Assembly: GCA_963717505.1 (NCBI GenBank)
Contig: OY970342.1
Span: 2,848,001-2,912,000 of the forward strand
Reading direction: 5' to 3'
Length of the DNA stretch: 64,000 bases
Origin: Candidatus Eiseniibacteriota bacterium
GTDB lineage: Bacteria > Eisenbacteria > RBG-16-71-46
The notes under the pieces are model-generated. The model was not told where the DNA came from. It made no database searches and worked only from the letters and a program-made list of their open reading frames with translations. Position numbers and translations under genes: made by a program. Every line of letters starts with the position of its first letter. Position 1 is the stretch's first letter. Positions 51,370 to 61,222 of this stretch are shown piece by piece.

Positions 51370-52461
51370 ATGGGCCTGGCGGCAGCGATCGCAGCTGGGA
51401 GCCTGCTCGCACCCAACGTGTATGCCGACTCGCCCGACCGCGCAAAGCCTTCACTCTGGCTGGTCAGCTACTTCGCCGAAGCGCGCGACAAGTCGAATGG
51501 TATGGCGATCGAGTGGCGCCTGTTCGATCCAGCAACGCGGGTCGATTCGGTTCTGGTCGCCTTAGTCAGTTCGCCAGCAGCCGTGCGGATCAACTCCTCC
51601 TATACCGAGGCCACCTTCGCTTTGGGAGGCGCGATGCAACGCTTGCGCTGGGAATGGGGCGCCCAACCGTGGTCGGAGATCCCACTTCCCGATGCTCGGT
51701 GCATCGACGTCTGGTTCGACCAACGGGCTCGCTGCTGGTGGCTAGTCAGTGGTGATGTCATCCAACTGGGAAGAAACGCATTTCCTGGCCAGCTCTGCCG
51801 GTACGACTTCTGGCGCAGCACCGCGGATGGGAAGGACTGGAGTATCGCTCGTCGCGAAACCACGAGCTGCGTCACCTTCAGCTGGACTGGATGGACGTCG
51901 ACTCGGAACATCGAACCCGGTGCCGAGGCCGGGTTCGGGCTGTGGTTAGGGCAGGCCGCGATGACGCCCGATCGCTGGGGCCTGCCACCCCAGGCGATCT
52001 CGCCGCCGCAGGGCCAGAACGCGTCGGGGCCGCCCTGGTACTTCGTCGGATCGCGAGTCATCAAGGGCCTTGGGCTGGCCTACCGGATGGAGATGTTTCG
52101 CGGGGATCCGTCGAAGGGCCAGCGAGCCCAAGAGTGGTTCGTCACCGCGCCGTTTGTCCTCGTGGACAGGACCAATGGGAGCGAACGCGTTCTCGATGCG
52201 CCCAACTTCGGCCCCCTTGGCCAGCGCGTCCGACTAGGAATTGAAGAACGCGACGGCTTCGTCCTGCTCAGTGGTGACCGGAACTATCTCTACGACCTTC
52301 GCACCGGGGAGCAGTTGCTCCCGAGCTCGGCGAGGTCGCCAATCGTTTGGGTTCCCCGTCCAGTGCCGATGCGCGTTGACACAGCTGGATTCGAGCGGTT
52401 GCGCGCTCGTTTCGAGACGAGATCCGGTGGCGCTACGACGCCGCGGCATGAAAAACGTTGA
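51370..52461 (+). CDS. Hypothetical secreted Trp-rich protein
   Basis: Signal peptide ending VYA-D; long ORF following the previous gene; start uncertain. Confidence 0.65.
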   Translation: MGLAAAIAAGSLLAPNVYADSPDRAKPSLWLVSYFAEARDKSNGMAIEWRLFDPATRVDSVLVALVSSPAAVRINSSYTEATFALGGAMQRLRWEWGAQPWSEIPLPDARCIDVWFDQRARCWWLVSGDVIQLGRNAFPGQLCRYDFWRSTADGKDWSIARRETTSCVTFSWTGWTSTRNIEPGAEAGFGLWLGQAAMTPDRWGLPPQAISPPQGQNASGPPWYFVGSRVIKGLGLAYRMEMFRGDPSKGQRAQEWFVTAPFVLVDRTNGSERVLDAPNFGPLGQRVRLGIEERDGFVLLSGDRNYLYDLRTGEQLLPSSARSPIVWVPRPVPMRVDTAGFERLRARFETRSGGATTPRHEKR

Positions 52462-52485
52462 CTTGGGCACGCTGACGCCTAGACT
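52458..52485 (+). promoter_or_regulatory. Putative sigma70 promoter
   Basis: TTGACT-16 nt-TAGACT, about 150 nt upstream of GTG 52641. Confidence 0.55.
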
Positions 52486-52640
52486 TGTGTGCGACGACAC
52501 GTCGGGAGGTCGAGCAAAACCCTGCCGACTCGTAGGTGAGAACCAAGCGAGATAGTCGTGCCCACCAGTTGAGGAGGCGCACCGGGAACCAGGCTACTGC
52601 TGACGAGTTGAAGTGTTCGTTTCTCGTGCAGGAGGTGCCT

Positions 52641-54641
52641 GTGTCTCGCTTCCGCCTAGGCTCCGAGAGAAGTTCGCTGCTCGACATGCCACCGATCGCC
52701 GCGGCATTGACGTTGGCGTTCATTCCCCTCGTTGTGTCCACGTGTAGCGCGGCGTGGGTCCCGAACGGCGCGCCTGTCACCATGGCGCCGGGCGAACAAT
52801 CATTGGAATCCACGGTTCCCGACGGGAACGGCGGCGCATACGTGTTCTGGCGGGACAACCGCCTCGGCTACGACTACGCACCCCGATACGACGTCTTCGC
52901 CCAACACCTGGACGCCGAAGGCGAAGTGGTTGCCGGATGGGACCCGCAGGGCAACCCGATCGCAAACACCGATGACCACGAAGGCGGTGCTCGTGCCATC
53001 AGCGATGGCGCGGGCGGCGCGATCGTGATGTGGGCGGCAGGCAACTATCGCCTGCAGCGGGTTCGCCCTGATGGGTCCCATGCCTGGTCATCCGGCGGTG
53101 TGTCCGTCTCGGATGACGGCGCCGCCCGCGTGTCCGGCCAAGTCATGCCCGACGGTTCGGGAGGTGTCTACGTCGTTTGGGCCAACGCCGTGGTGAGGCC
53201 ATCGCTCGAGGCGCTCTGCCCGCGCTGTCATCCCAGCTACACCTATCATCTCTTCGCACAGCGCATCGATGCATCCGGCAACCGTCTGTGGGGCGCGATG
53301 GGGGTACCGGTGACTCCAGACTCCATCGCTGGCAACGTAACCCTGCTCCTCGGCAACGAGGGGCGTCCGCTCATCCTATGGATCGATGTGCTGGGAATGT
53401 ATCGAGCCCAGGAACTCGACTCCGATGGACATGCTCGCCTGCAACCAGATGGTCAGGTCATTCCGCATCTTCGCGGCGGGCTCACTGCAGCTACCGGACC
53501 GCGCCAAGCGGTGACCGTATTCAACTACGGGGAGGACACACACGAAGACATCGCGGCCCAACACCTCGGGCCCGATCTCACGGTGGACTGGGGAGAGTCG
53601 GGCCAGCCGATCGTCGTCGAGGCTCACAAACAGGAGCCAACAGGGATGACCGGCGATGGTGAGGGCGGCGTACTGCTCGCATGGCACGATATCCGGAACG
53701 CCGTTAGTTGGGATGTGTATCTCACTCGCGTGACATCGGGAGGAAGCTTGGCTGAAGGCTGGCCGGATCATGGACTTCCCGTTTGCACGATGTCGGAGAG
53801 GCAAGACAGTCCGACACTGATCTCCGATGGAGACGGCGGGGCGTACGTGGCATGGATAGACCTTCGAGAACCGACCAACGGCTACGACCTCTATCTGCAA
53901 CGTGTACTCGGAACCGGGACTATTGCGGCGGGCTGGCCAGACCAGGGCCTTCCGATCTGTATCATTCCGCAGCAACAGGTGAACCCCCAGCTCGTCGCCG
54001 ATGGCAACGGCGGAGTCATCGTCGTTTGGAACGACTATCGGCGTGGCTCGGAAATCTACGCGCAAAGGATCGATGCTCACGGTCGGATCGGCGACCAGCA
54101 CACTGCGGTTATCGTGTCGCAAGCAATTCTTACGGTCGACGCAAACGACGTGACTGCCGAATGGCAGGTCGACGTGGCAGGAATCAATAGCGTCGAAGTC
54201 CTGCGGTCGAGCGTTGCCCGCGGCGTCGAACGGCTCGGAACGGCATTGATCAATGGCTCGCATCGCGCACGGTTCACGGATCGCGACGTGCCTTCAGGCC
54301 GTTACGGGTATGCGATTGAACTCGTGCATCTCGGGACGACCATGACCACTGAATTCACCTGGATCGACGTCGTGCCCTCAGCTCGGCTTGCGCTCGAGGG
54401 TTTCCGTCCAAATCCATCGAACGGATGGGCTCCGATTGCGTTCGTTCTCCCCGAGGCCGGGCCCACGCAAGTTGAAATCTTCGACATACGAGGACGTCGG
54501 ATGCGTGATCTGAGAGAGGCTCACTTGAGCGCTGGGTCCCACTCCATCGCGGTCGGTGGGCGTCTACCGGCGGGTGTCTATTGGATCCGACTGACGGCCG
54601 GGACTCGAAGTATTGCGGCCCGAGGGGTGGTCCTCGACTAG
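52641..54641 (+). CDS. Secreted repeat protein with CTD, paralog of 43319..45082
   Basis: WVPNG start of the mature protein; DG.GG...W.D.R repeats; PNPS..GVYW C-terminus; AGGAGG SD. Confidence 0.85.
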   Translation: MSRFRLGSERSSLLDMPPIAAALTLAFIPLVVSTCSAAWVPNGAPVTMAPGEQSLESTVPDGNGGAYVFWRDNRLGYDYAPRYDVFAQHLDAEGEVVAGWDPQGNPIANTDDHEGGARAISDGAGGAIVMWAAGNYRLQRVRPDGSHAWSSGGVSVSDDGAARVSGQVMPDGSGGVYVVWANAVVRPSLEALCPRCHPSYTYHLFAQRIDASGNRLWGAMGVPVTPDSIAGNVTLLLGNEGRPLILWIDVLGMYRAQELDSDGHARLQPDGQVIPHLRGGLTAATGPRQAVTVFNYGEDTHEDIAAQHLGPDLTVDWGESGQPIVVEAHKQEPTGMTGDGEGGVLLAWHDIRNAVSWDVYLTRVTSGGSLAEGWPDHGLPVCTMSERQDSPTLISDGDGGAYVAWIDLREPTNGYDLYLQRVLGTGTIAAGWPDQGLPICIIPQQQVNPQLVADGNGGVIVVWNDYRRGSEIYAQRIDAHGRIGDQHTAVIVSQAILTVDANDVTAEWQVDVAGINSVEVLRSSVARGVERLGTALINGSHRARFTDRDVPSGRYGYAIELVHLGTTMTTEFTWIDVVPSARLALEGFRPNPSNGWAPIAFVLPEAGPTQVEIFDIRGRRMRDLREAHLSAGSHSIAVGGRLPAGVYWIRLTAGTRSIAARGVVLD

Positions 54642-54716
54642 ACGATCCAATGGACTCGCTCAGGCCGCAGGGTTCGCCGGCTCGAAACTACGGAGTGAGG
54701 CAATCGCCTCGATCAC

Positions 54717-56444
54717 TCAATGCATGGTCCGCCGGCCCGCCCGAGTGACTCCCGTCCTGAGTAACCCCGCCTCCACGAGCGTCGGCGGCTTGCGCCAATT
54801 GCCCGCTCTTTCCCACGCGGCCGCGATCGCGAGCAGGTCGCCGTCCGCCCATGGACGACCGGCGAACTCCAAGCCGAACGGAAGCCCGCTCTCGTAGAAG
54901 CCCGCGGGCACCACGATCGCCGGCACGCCGATCATGTTCACCCAGCTGGTGGCGGAGTGCGGACCCGTACTCAGCTTCCCGTCCTGCGCCATCGTCTCGT
55001 CAGGTGGCGGAATTTGGATGGCGGGGTAGACGAAGCCGTCAAGCTCGAGGCGGTCGAGCGTGGCGATGTACGCGTCGAGCAGCGCCCGCTTCGGCGCGCG
55101 ATACATCTGCTCGGCGTCGGGATCGGTGGCCAGCTCGCGCTGGTTCAAGTGCTGACCACCCACGATCCGATAGTCGTCTTCGGTGCCGATGGACGACGTG
55201 TACAAAGGGACACCCATCGCCCTCTGATAGTCGGCCGCGGAGCGATACTCCGCCGGTCCGAAGATGCCGAGAAAGCGGTCGGTCCCATCCTTTGTGTACG
55301 CGTACGTGGCGACGCGGCTGGCCAGCGTCGCGAACCCCGACGGGAGTATGGAATCGCCGGTCACGATCTCGGCGCCGGCCGCCCGAAGCGAATCCAGGGC
55401 CTGGAGGAACATCGCACGCGTCTTGGGTTCCAGCGGGACGTCCGCAGCACGGCGCAGCTTTTCGGCGGCGACGTCCGAGACGGTGTAGGGGATACCGCGA
55501 AACGGCACGCCGTCGCCCGCGAGCACGAAAGCCGGGACACCGAAGCGCTTGCCCTCGAGGGACGCGGACGGCAGGCCATTCGTGAACGGCCCGCGCTGTG
55601 CCGTCGCGGGGGCTGCGAGCGTGGCCGAGTCGAGGGAATCGGAGCCGGCCATCACGGCGAGCGCAATCGCGGCGTCGGTCACGTTGCGTGCGATCGGCCC
55701 GGTGTTGTCCAGGAGCCAATCCAGCGGAGCGATGCCCGCGGTGCTCACCAATCCGCGCGTGGGGAACACGCCGACCAGGGCGCTGGTTGCCGCCGGCATG
55801 CGGATGGAGTTGCCGGTGTCGGTACCGTTGCCGAGCACGGCCATGTTCGCGGCGACTGCCGTCACGACGCCGCCGGAGGAGCCGCCAGGGGAAAAGCGGA
55901 CGTCGTAGGCGTTGCCGGTCCGCCCGAACGATGAGCTGCGGTTGGTGTCGCTGTTCGCGAGGTCCGGCATGTTGGCGAGGCCGACGATGATGGCTCCGGC
56001 CGCGCGGAGTCGCTCGACGATCGTTGCGTCGCGGGGCGCGACGAGCTCGTGGCCGGGGCGCACGAAGCCTTCCCAACCGGCGGTCGTCACCTGCCCCTTT
56101 ACGCTGGTGTTGGCCTTGATGACGATGGGAACGCCCCAGAGCGGGCCGCGCTCCGCCGTCGCTGCCTCTGCATCCAGCCGGGCCGCCTCCGCGAGCGCGT
56201 CGTCGCGCAGAGCCGTCTCGATGGCGCCATAGACACCGTTGTAGCGGTCGATTCGGTCCAGGTGCCACCGGACCACCTGAGTGACCGTGTATCGGCGGTC
56301 CGCGTAGAGCTGCTGCAGCCGTGGGACGGTGAGGTCCATCAGGTCGCGGTCGGCGGCGCGGCCGGGTACCGCGACTTCTGGGGCTGTACGGCTGCATCCC
56401 GAGAAAGCGAGAGCGACGACGAAGAGCGACCAAGGGAGCTTCAC
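54717..56444 (-). CDS. Amidase-signature family lipoprotein
   Basis: FSGC lipobox; GVPIVIK, GGSSGG, GTDTGNSIRMPA (Ser-cisSer-Lys triad). Confidence 0.92.
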   Translation of the reverse strand: MKLPWSLFVVALAFSGCSRTAPEVAVPGRAADRDLMDLTVPRLQQLYADRRYTVTQVVRWHLDRIDRYNGVYGAIETALRDDALAEAARLDAEAATAERGPLWGVPIVIKANTSVKGQVTTAGWEGFVRPGHELVAPRDATIVERLRAAGAIIVGLANMPDLANSDTNRSSSFGRTGNAYDVRFSPGGSSGGVVTAVAANMAVLGNGTDTGNSIRMPAATSALVGVFPTRGLVSTAGIAPLDWLLDNTGPIARNVTDAAIALAVMAGSDSLDSATLAAPATAQRGPFTNGLPSASLEGKRFGVPAFVLAGDGVPFRGIPYTVSDVAAEKLRRAADVPLEPKTRAMFLQALDSLRAAGAEIVTGDSILPSGFATLASRVATYAYTKDGTDRFLGIFGPAEYRSAADYQRAMGVPLYTSSIGTEDDYRIVGGQHLNQRELATDPDAEQMYRAPKRALLDAYIATLDRLELDGFVYPAIQIPPPDETMAQDGKLSTGPHSATSWVNMIGVPAIVVPAGFYESGLPFGLEFAGRPWADGDLLAIAAAWERAGNWRKPPTLVEAGLLRTGVTRAGRRTMH

Positions 56445-56484
56445 GGGTCGAGACTACCACTTGGTTTGGTCCGGCTACCGTGCG

Positions 56485-57453
56485 TCAGGGCCGCGTGATT
56501 TGGCGTCGGTCGCTGCCGTCGACGTTCATGGTCCAGATCACTCCGCCCGCCCCGGTGGAGTCTAAGCCGCTGTAGGCCACCCGGTCGGCAGGTCCAACCG
56601 AGAATTGAAACCAGAAGTGCACGCGAGGATCGCCGAGATCAAACGAGAGCCGCTGCTGCGCCGACCCATCGGAGTTTACGACCCACGACTTCGTCACGGA
56701 CGGATCGCCGAATGTGGCCGGGCTGGGCGTAAAGTGGAAATAGATTCGCTGACCATCCGCAGACCATTGGAGGTTGGCGCACCAGCCATTGAGGTGAGTG
56801 AGCTGTCGATAATCTGTGCCGTCGGCCTCGACCGCACAAATGTTGCCGCCCGTGCCCGACTCGTTCGACATGAAGGCTATGGTTCGCCCGTTTGGGGACC
56901 AAACGGGGTAGCTTCCGAAAGTCACGTTCGAATCTGGCCGGATCAGCGCCCGTTGATCGCCCGTCATGGTGTCGATGATGTGGATACCGGACGTGGAATC
57001 GGGAGCGGATGGCGCACGCGCCGTGATTAGATAGATCAGAAATCGGCCGTCCGGAGACCATGAAGGGTAGGCAGCATACGGGCCGGTCCACGTCCGCGTC
57101 TCGCCCGTGGCGATCACGACGGTGGAAATGCCGCCCTCGTAGTACGCGATGCGGCTGCCATCCGGTGACCATGCAAGCTGGGGGGAGACCGCAGGCCAAA
57201 TGCCGAGCAGCGCTGTAGGAGAGCCACCAGAAACGCCGACGATGGCGATATGTTCGGTGTCGGCGGAATCGCGCGGTTCGTGCAGGTAGGCAATCGATTG
57301 TCCGTCTGGAGACCACGTGGGGATGGCGTCAAGACTCCGGTAGCGCGGAAAGGGCTGGGGCCGGGTGGGCGAACTCGAACAAGCGGCGAAAAGGGCCACC
57401 GCGCACGCGGCCAGAACAATCCGCGTCCCGCGCCGCATCCTTCTGGAATTCAT
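56485..57453 (-). CDS. TolB-like PD40-repeat lipoprotein
   Basis: FAAC lipobox; multiple WSP[DN]G repeats. Confidence 0.85.
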   Translation of the reverse strand: MNSRRMRRGTRIVLAACAVALFAACSSSPTRPQPFPRYRSLDAIPTWSPDGQSIAYLHEPRDSADTEHIAIVGVSGGSPTALLGIWPAVSPQLAWSPDGSRIAYYEGGISTVVIATGETRTWTGPYAAYPSWSPDGRFLIYLITARAPSAPDSTSGIHIIDTMTGDQRALIRPDSNVTFGSYPVWSPNGRTIAFMSNESGTGGNICAVEADGTDYRQLTHLNGWCANLQWSADGQRIYFHFTPSPATFGDPSVTKSWVVNSDGSAQQRLSFDLGDPRVHFWFQFSVGPADRVAYSGLDSTGAGGVIWTMNVDGSDRRQITRP

Positions 57454-57590
57454 CTCGAGGTGAAGCAGTCCGAAATCCCTCTCCGCGGGGCCGACATCGG
57501 CTTGTCACTCAAGGGCACAATACAGCCCGGCATACCACGGAGTTCCAGAAGGTTGGGGCAGGTCGGGACAACCTAGCGGGCTGAGTGTCC

Positions 57591-60008
57591 CTACCGCCCG
57601 GGGCTGGCTCTGCTCATGCCCTCGAACAAAGCCAGAATGCGCTTGTACTCGTCCAGCCAGCTGTCCGCGTGCGAGAAGTTGTGTCGATCGAGCGGGTACG
57701 GAGCCAGCGTCACCTCGTCCTTGTGCAGTTCGATCAGCCGCTGGTAGAGCCGCACCGAGTCCTCGAACAGGACGTTGTCGTCGAGCATCCCGTGGCAGAT
57801 GAGCAGCGGACCCGCGAGGCCTTCGGCGAACTCGATGGGGGATGACCTGCGATAGGCGAGGCTGTCCACTTGCGGCGTGTTGAGGATGGCCGCGGTGTAG
57901 CCGTGGTTGTACTGCGACCAGTCGGTGACTGGACGCAACGCGGCGCCGGCATGGAAAACGTCGGGCTCTTTGAACATCGCCATCAGCGCCATGAAGCCGC
58001 CGTACGAGCCGCCGTAGATGCCGACTCGGCGCTCGTCGCCGCCATGCTCGCGCACCAGCCACCGCACCCCGTCCACCAGGTCCTCCAGCTCGGGCGTGCC
58101 CATCCGGCGATAGATCGCGGTACGCCAGTCGCGGCCGTAGCCCTGCGAGGCGCGGTAGTCCATGTCGAGCACGACGTAGCCGCGCTCGGTCAGCAAGTGG
58201 TGGAACATCTGCTCGCGGAAGTAGTACGGAAACTGGAGCTGGGTGTTCTGCAGGTAGCCGGCGCCGTGCACGAACATCACGATCGGATGGAGCCCCGTGG
58301 TATCGGCGGGCAGGTAGAGACGCGACCAGATCGGCGCTGCGCCGTGACTCGACGGCACCGCCACGATGCGTGGCTCCGGCCACTGGATCGCCTGGTACTC
58401 GGCGGTGCGCGTGTCCGTGAGCTCGCGCAGTGCGCCGCCGGAGGAAGCGCACACCGCGAGCTGCGTGGGCGTGTGTGTCGCAGAGTGCTGAACCCACAGC
58501 TTAGTGCCGTCCGGCGAAAGACCGAACGCGCTGCAGCCCTGGAGCGGCGTGAGCCGAGCGAGGGGACCGCCCGTGCTCGGCACGCGATAGACGTCGTACG
58601 CGTACGGCGCCTCGGCGTTGGACAGCGCGTAGATCCAGCGTCCGTCGGGAGAGACCTCGGGCGAGGACACCTCGAAACTTCCGCTGGTGAGCGCGACCGC
58701 GGGACTTCCGGGCACTTTCGCGTAGAGGTGCGAATAGCCAGTTTCCTCGGATAGGAACCAGAACCGCTTGCCGTCCGGCATCCAACCGGTCTGGTTGTGG
58801 CCCCAGTTCACCCAGGCGCTGTCGGTGAGCCGATGCTCGGGCCTTAGTGCGTGCTTTTCGAGGTCCACGGTCGCGAGCCAGCGGTCCTTGTGGTCGTGAG
58901 CGGTGAACCGCACCAGGGCTTCAGTGCCCTGCGGATTCCACCAGATCGCGGATACATCGAGCGGGCGTTCCTTGGGTTCGGACGACCCGGCACCGGCGCT
59001 GTCGGGTTTCGCCTTGCTGGTGTCGGGCGCGTCGGACTTGCGCTCGCGCTGGTTCTCCGCGCGCACGCTCGCCAGCATGTCGGCCTTGATCCCCGGCAGT
59101 GGCGCGTACGCGAGCTTGTGCCGCGTACGCTGCTCCAGGTCTACGAGCCATAGCGTCTCGGGCGCCGGCCCGCTCCGTCCCACGCGCGTGCGCGTTTCCT
59201 CGACTTCCTCGTAGCCCGATTCGGTCACGTACATCGGCATCTTGCCGACGCGGCCCGCGTCGTAGCTCTTGGCCGTGGTCACGGCAAAGACCCAGCGGCC
59301 GGTGGGCGAGATTTCAGTCTGAGTCAGCACCACGTCGTCGCCCACATACACCGGCAGCGGCGAGCGACTGGGATCGGAGCGACGCAGGAACTCAGCGTGG
59401 CTCTTGAGCGAGTCGCGGTCGGCACGGTCGCGTGCGAGCGTTGCGATCTGCCGGAGCTGCATCCGCTCTAGATCGTTGGTCTTATTCTCGTCGGGGTCCT
59501 TGCCGGCTACCACCATCGCAGCCGGGCCGGTCACGCGACTGGCCAGGTCGTACGCGTACCAGTCGTTCCCGATGCGGAACAGCACCCGCGCCCCGTCGGA
59601 CGAGAATCGAGGCGCGGCCTCCGTCACGGTACTGCGAGTGACTTGGGTGAGTTTCCGGTTCCCCAGCTCACGCACGAACAGGTCTCCATTGCGGATGAAC
59701 GCCGCGCGCTTTCTCGCGGGGTCGAAGACCGGGTTCTGCGCGTCGAGGTCGGCGAGATCCGCGGGCGGGACCGGCCGGTATGCGCCCCCGGATGCCGCCA
59801 CTCGGTGGAGGTCGCGCACCGGCGAGCCGGGGCGCTTGAGGCTGAACAGGATCGAGCGTCCGTCCAGCGACCAGTAGGGTCGTTCCACCGGCGGCCCGAT
59901 CCAGTCCGGGTCGGCCATGATGCGTTCGAGCGTGAGGGGTGCCGCGTGCGCCGGAGATGCGAGCAGGGAGACGGCCAGTGTGGTGATGAGCCACGGGACA
60001 CAGCGCAT
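57591..60008 (-). CDS. S9-family (DPP IV-like) peptidase
   Basis: Signal peptide; propeller domain; HGAGY, GGSYGG, DDNV, H (catalytic Ser-Asp-His). Confidence 0.93.
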   Translation of the reverse strand: MRCVPWLITTLAVSLLASPAHAAPLTLERIMADPDWIGPPVERPYWSLDGRSILFSLKRPGSPVRDLHRVAASGGAYRPVPPADLADLDAQNPVFDPARKRAAFIRNGDLFVRELGNRKLTQVTRSTVTEAAPRFSSDGARVLFRIGNDWYAYDLASRVTGPAAMVVAGKDPDENKTNDLERMQLRQIATLARDRADRDSLKSHAEFLRRSDPSRSPLPVYVGDDVVLTQTEISPTGRWVFAVTTAKSYDAGRVGKMPMYVTESGYEEVEETRTRVGRSGPAPETLWLVDLEQRTRHKLAYAPLPGIKADMLASVRAENQRERKSDAPDTSKAKPDSAGAGSSEPKERPLDVSAIWWNPQGTEALVRFTAHDHKDRWLATVDLEKHALRPEHRLTDSAWVNWGHNQTGWMPDGKRFWFLSEETGYSHLYAKVPGSPAVALTSGSFEVSSPEVSPDGRWIYALSNAEAPYAYDVYRVPSTGGPLARLTPLQGCSAFGLSPDGTKLWVQHSATHTPTQLAVCASSGGALRELTDTRTAEYQAIQWPEPRIVAVPSSHGAAPIWSRLYLPADTTGLHPIVMFVHGAGYLQNTQLQFPYYFREQMFHHLLTERGYVVLDMDYRASQGYGRDWRTAIYRRMGTPELEDLVDGVRWLVREHGGDERRVGIYGGSYGGFMALMAMFKEPDVFHAGAALRPVTDWSQYNHGYTAAILNTPQVDSLAYRRSSPIEFAEGLAGPLLICHGMLDDNVLFEDSVRLYQRLIELHKDEVTLAPYPLDRHNFSHADSWLDEYKRILALFEGMSRASPGR

Positions 60009-60066
60009 GGGGCGCGAGGATACTTCAACCTGGACGGCGAAGTCTGCCCCTGACAGTCTCCGCTAC

Positions 60067-61158
60067 ATGAAGCTTCTCTGCTGCTTGCTGGTCTTGTCGG
60101 TCTCGCTCTCGAAGTCGTTCGGTGATGGCGGCGCCGGCGGTGCTGGTGCGAAGGCGGTGGCCGCGAGCGGGGTCGACACGCTGTTCCTGCCCGAGCCGGT
60201 CCAGGTCGAGAGCACTGCGGCCTCTGCTCCTCGTGGACATGTGAGTTGCGGGCTGAGCGATAGGTCCGGGCGCCTGTGGTTCGGCACTTCGGAAGGGCTC
60301 ATGCGGTTCGATGGGCGGAGCTTTACGCGGTTCATCGAGGTGGACAGCCTGCGCGATGCGCGTGGCTACGCGAATTGGGAGCACATCTACTCCATCTTCG
60401 AAGACCGAGCCGGGCACATCTGGTTCGGCGCCCCGAACGGCGTGTACCGGTACGATGGAAACACGTTCACCTGCTGGGCAATCCCGGCGCGCGACTTCAA
60501 GGACCGGAACGACTACCCGAGCCCCGAGAGCCGGTTGTCGAACCCGCTGCCTCCCACTGCGGTCATAAGTATTCTGCAGGATCGGCACGGAGCTCTCTGG
60601 TTCGGCACCTGGGGAGGTGGTGTCAATCGCTACGACGGCACCTCGCTGACCAACCTCTCGGAGAAGAATGGTCTCTGCAGCAATGTGGTCCAGAGCATTC
60701 TCGAGGACCGCAAGGGGAGCATGTGGTTTGCAACCCGGGGCGGTGGCGTGTGTCGCTACGATTGGCGTTCCTTCACGACATACGCGACGCCAGGGGACGC
60801 AATCAGCTATCACGCGTTCTTCATTGCGGCCGACACGGCGGGCGTGCTGTGGACCGGCACGGTCGGTGGAGGTCTGCGTCGGTTCGATGGAACGGGCTTC
60901 ATCCCGGTCGCGGAGCCCGATCTCGTGAACGTCACCTGCATGCTGCAACGCCGCACCGGCGAGCGCTGGTACGGCACCAGCTCTGGTGTCTACCGATACG
61001 ACGGTCGAGCCTTGACCCGCTTCGCAGCGAAGGACGGCACGGGCAGCAATTCCGTCTGGGCCATCGTGGAAGACAAGAGCGGCAGCCTCTGGTTCGGCAC
61101 GCGGAAGGGCCTGTGCCGCTACGACGGGCGGTCGTTCACCCGCTTTCCGGAAGAGTGA
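60067..61158 (+). CDS. Secreted Reg_prop beta-propeller protein
   Basis: Seven I.ED..G.[IL]WFGT..G..RYDG..FT repeats; no kinase domain. Confidence 0.85.
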   Translation: MKLLCCLLVLSVSLSKSFGDGGAGGAGAKAVAASGVDTLFLPEPVQVESTAASAPRGHVSCGLSDRSGRLWFGTSEGLMRFDGRSFTRFIEVDSLRDARGYANWEHIYSIFEDRAGHIWFGAPNGVYRYDGNTFTCWAIPARDFKDRNDYPSPESRLSNPLPPTAVISILQDRHGALWFGTWGGGVNRYDGTSLTNLSEKNGLCSNVVQSILEDRKGSMWFATRGGGVCRYDWRSFTTYATPGDAISYHAFFIAADTAGVLWTGTVGGGLRRFDGTGFIPVAEPDLVNVTCMLQRRTGERWYGTSSGVYRYDGRALTRFAAKDGTGSNSVWAIVEDKSGSLWFGTRKGLCRYDGRSFTRFPEE

Positions 61159-61222
61159 GGGTTCCGACACGCAATGGAATCGGGACAGGCGGCTGTGCGC
61201 GACGTGAAAGTGCCGGAACCGA

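Noticed and set aside
52490-52640. Known riboswitch (c-di-GMP or c-di-AMP) in the long leader
   Set aside because: Consensus motifs could not be matched by eye; reported instead as an unassigned conserved leader.
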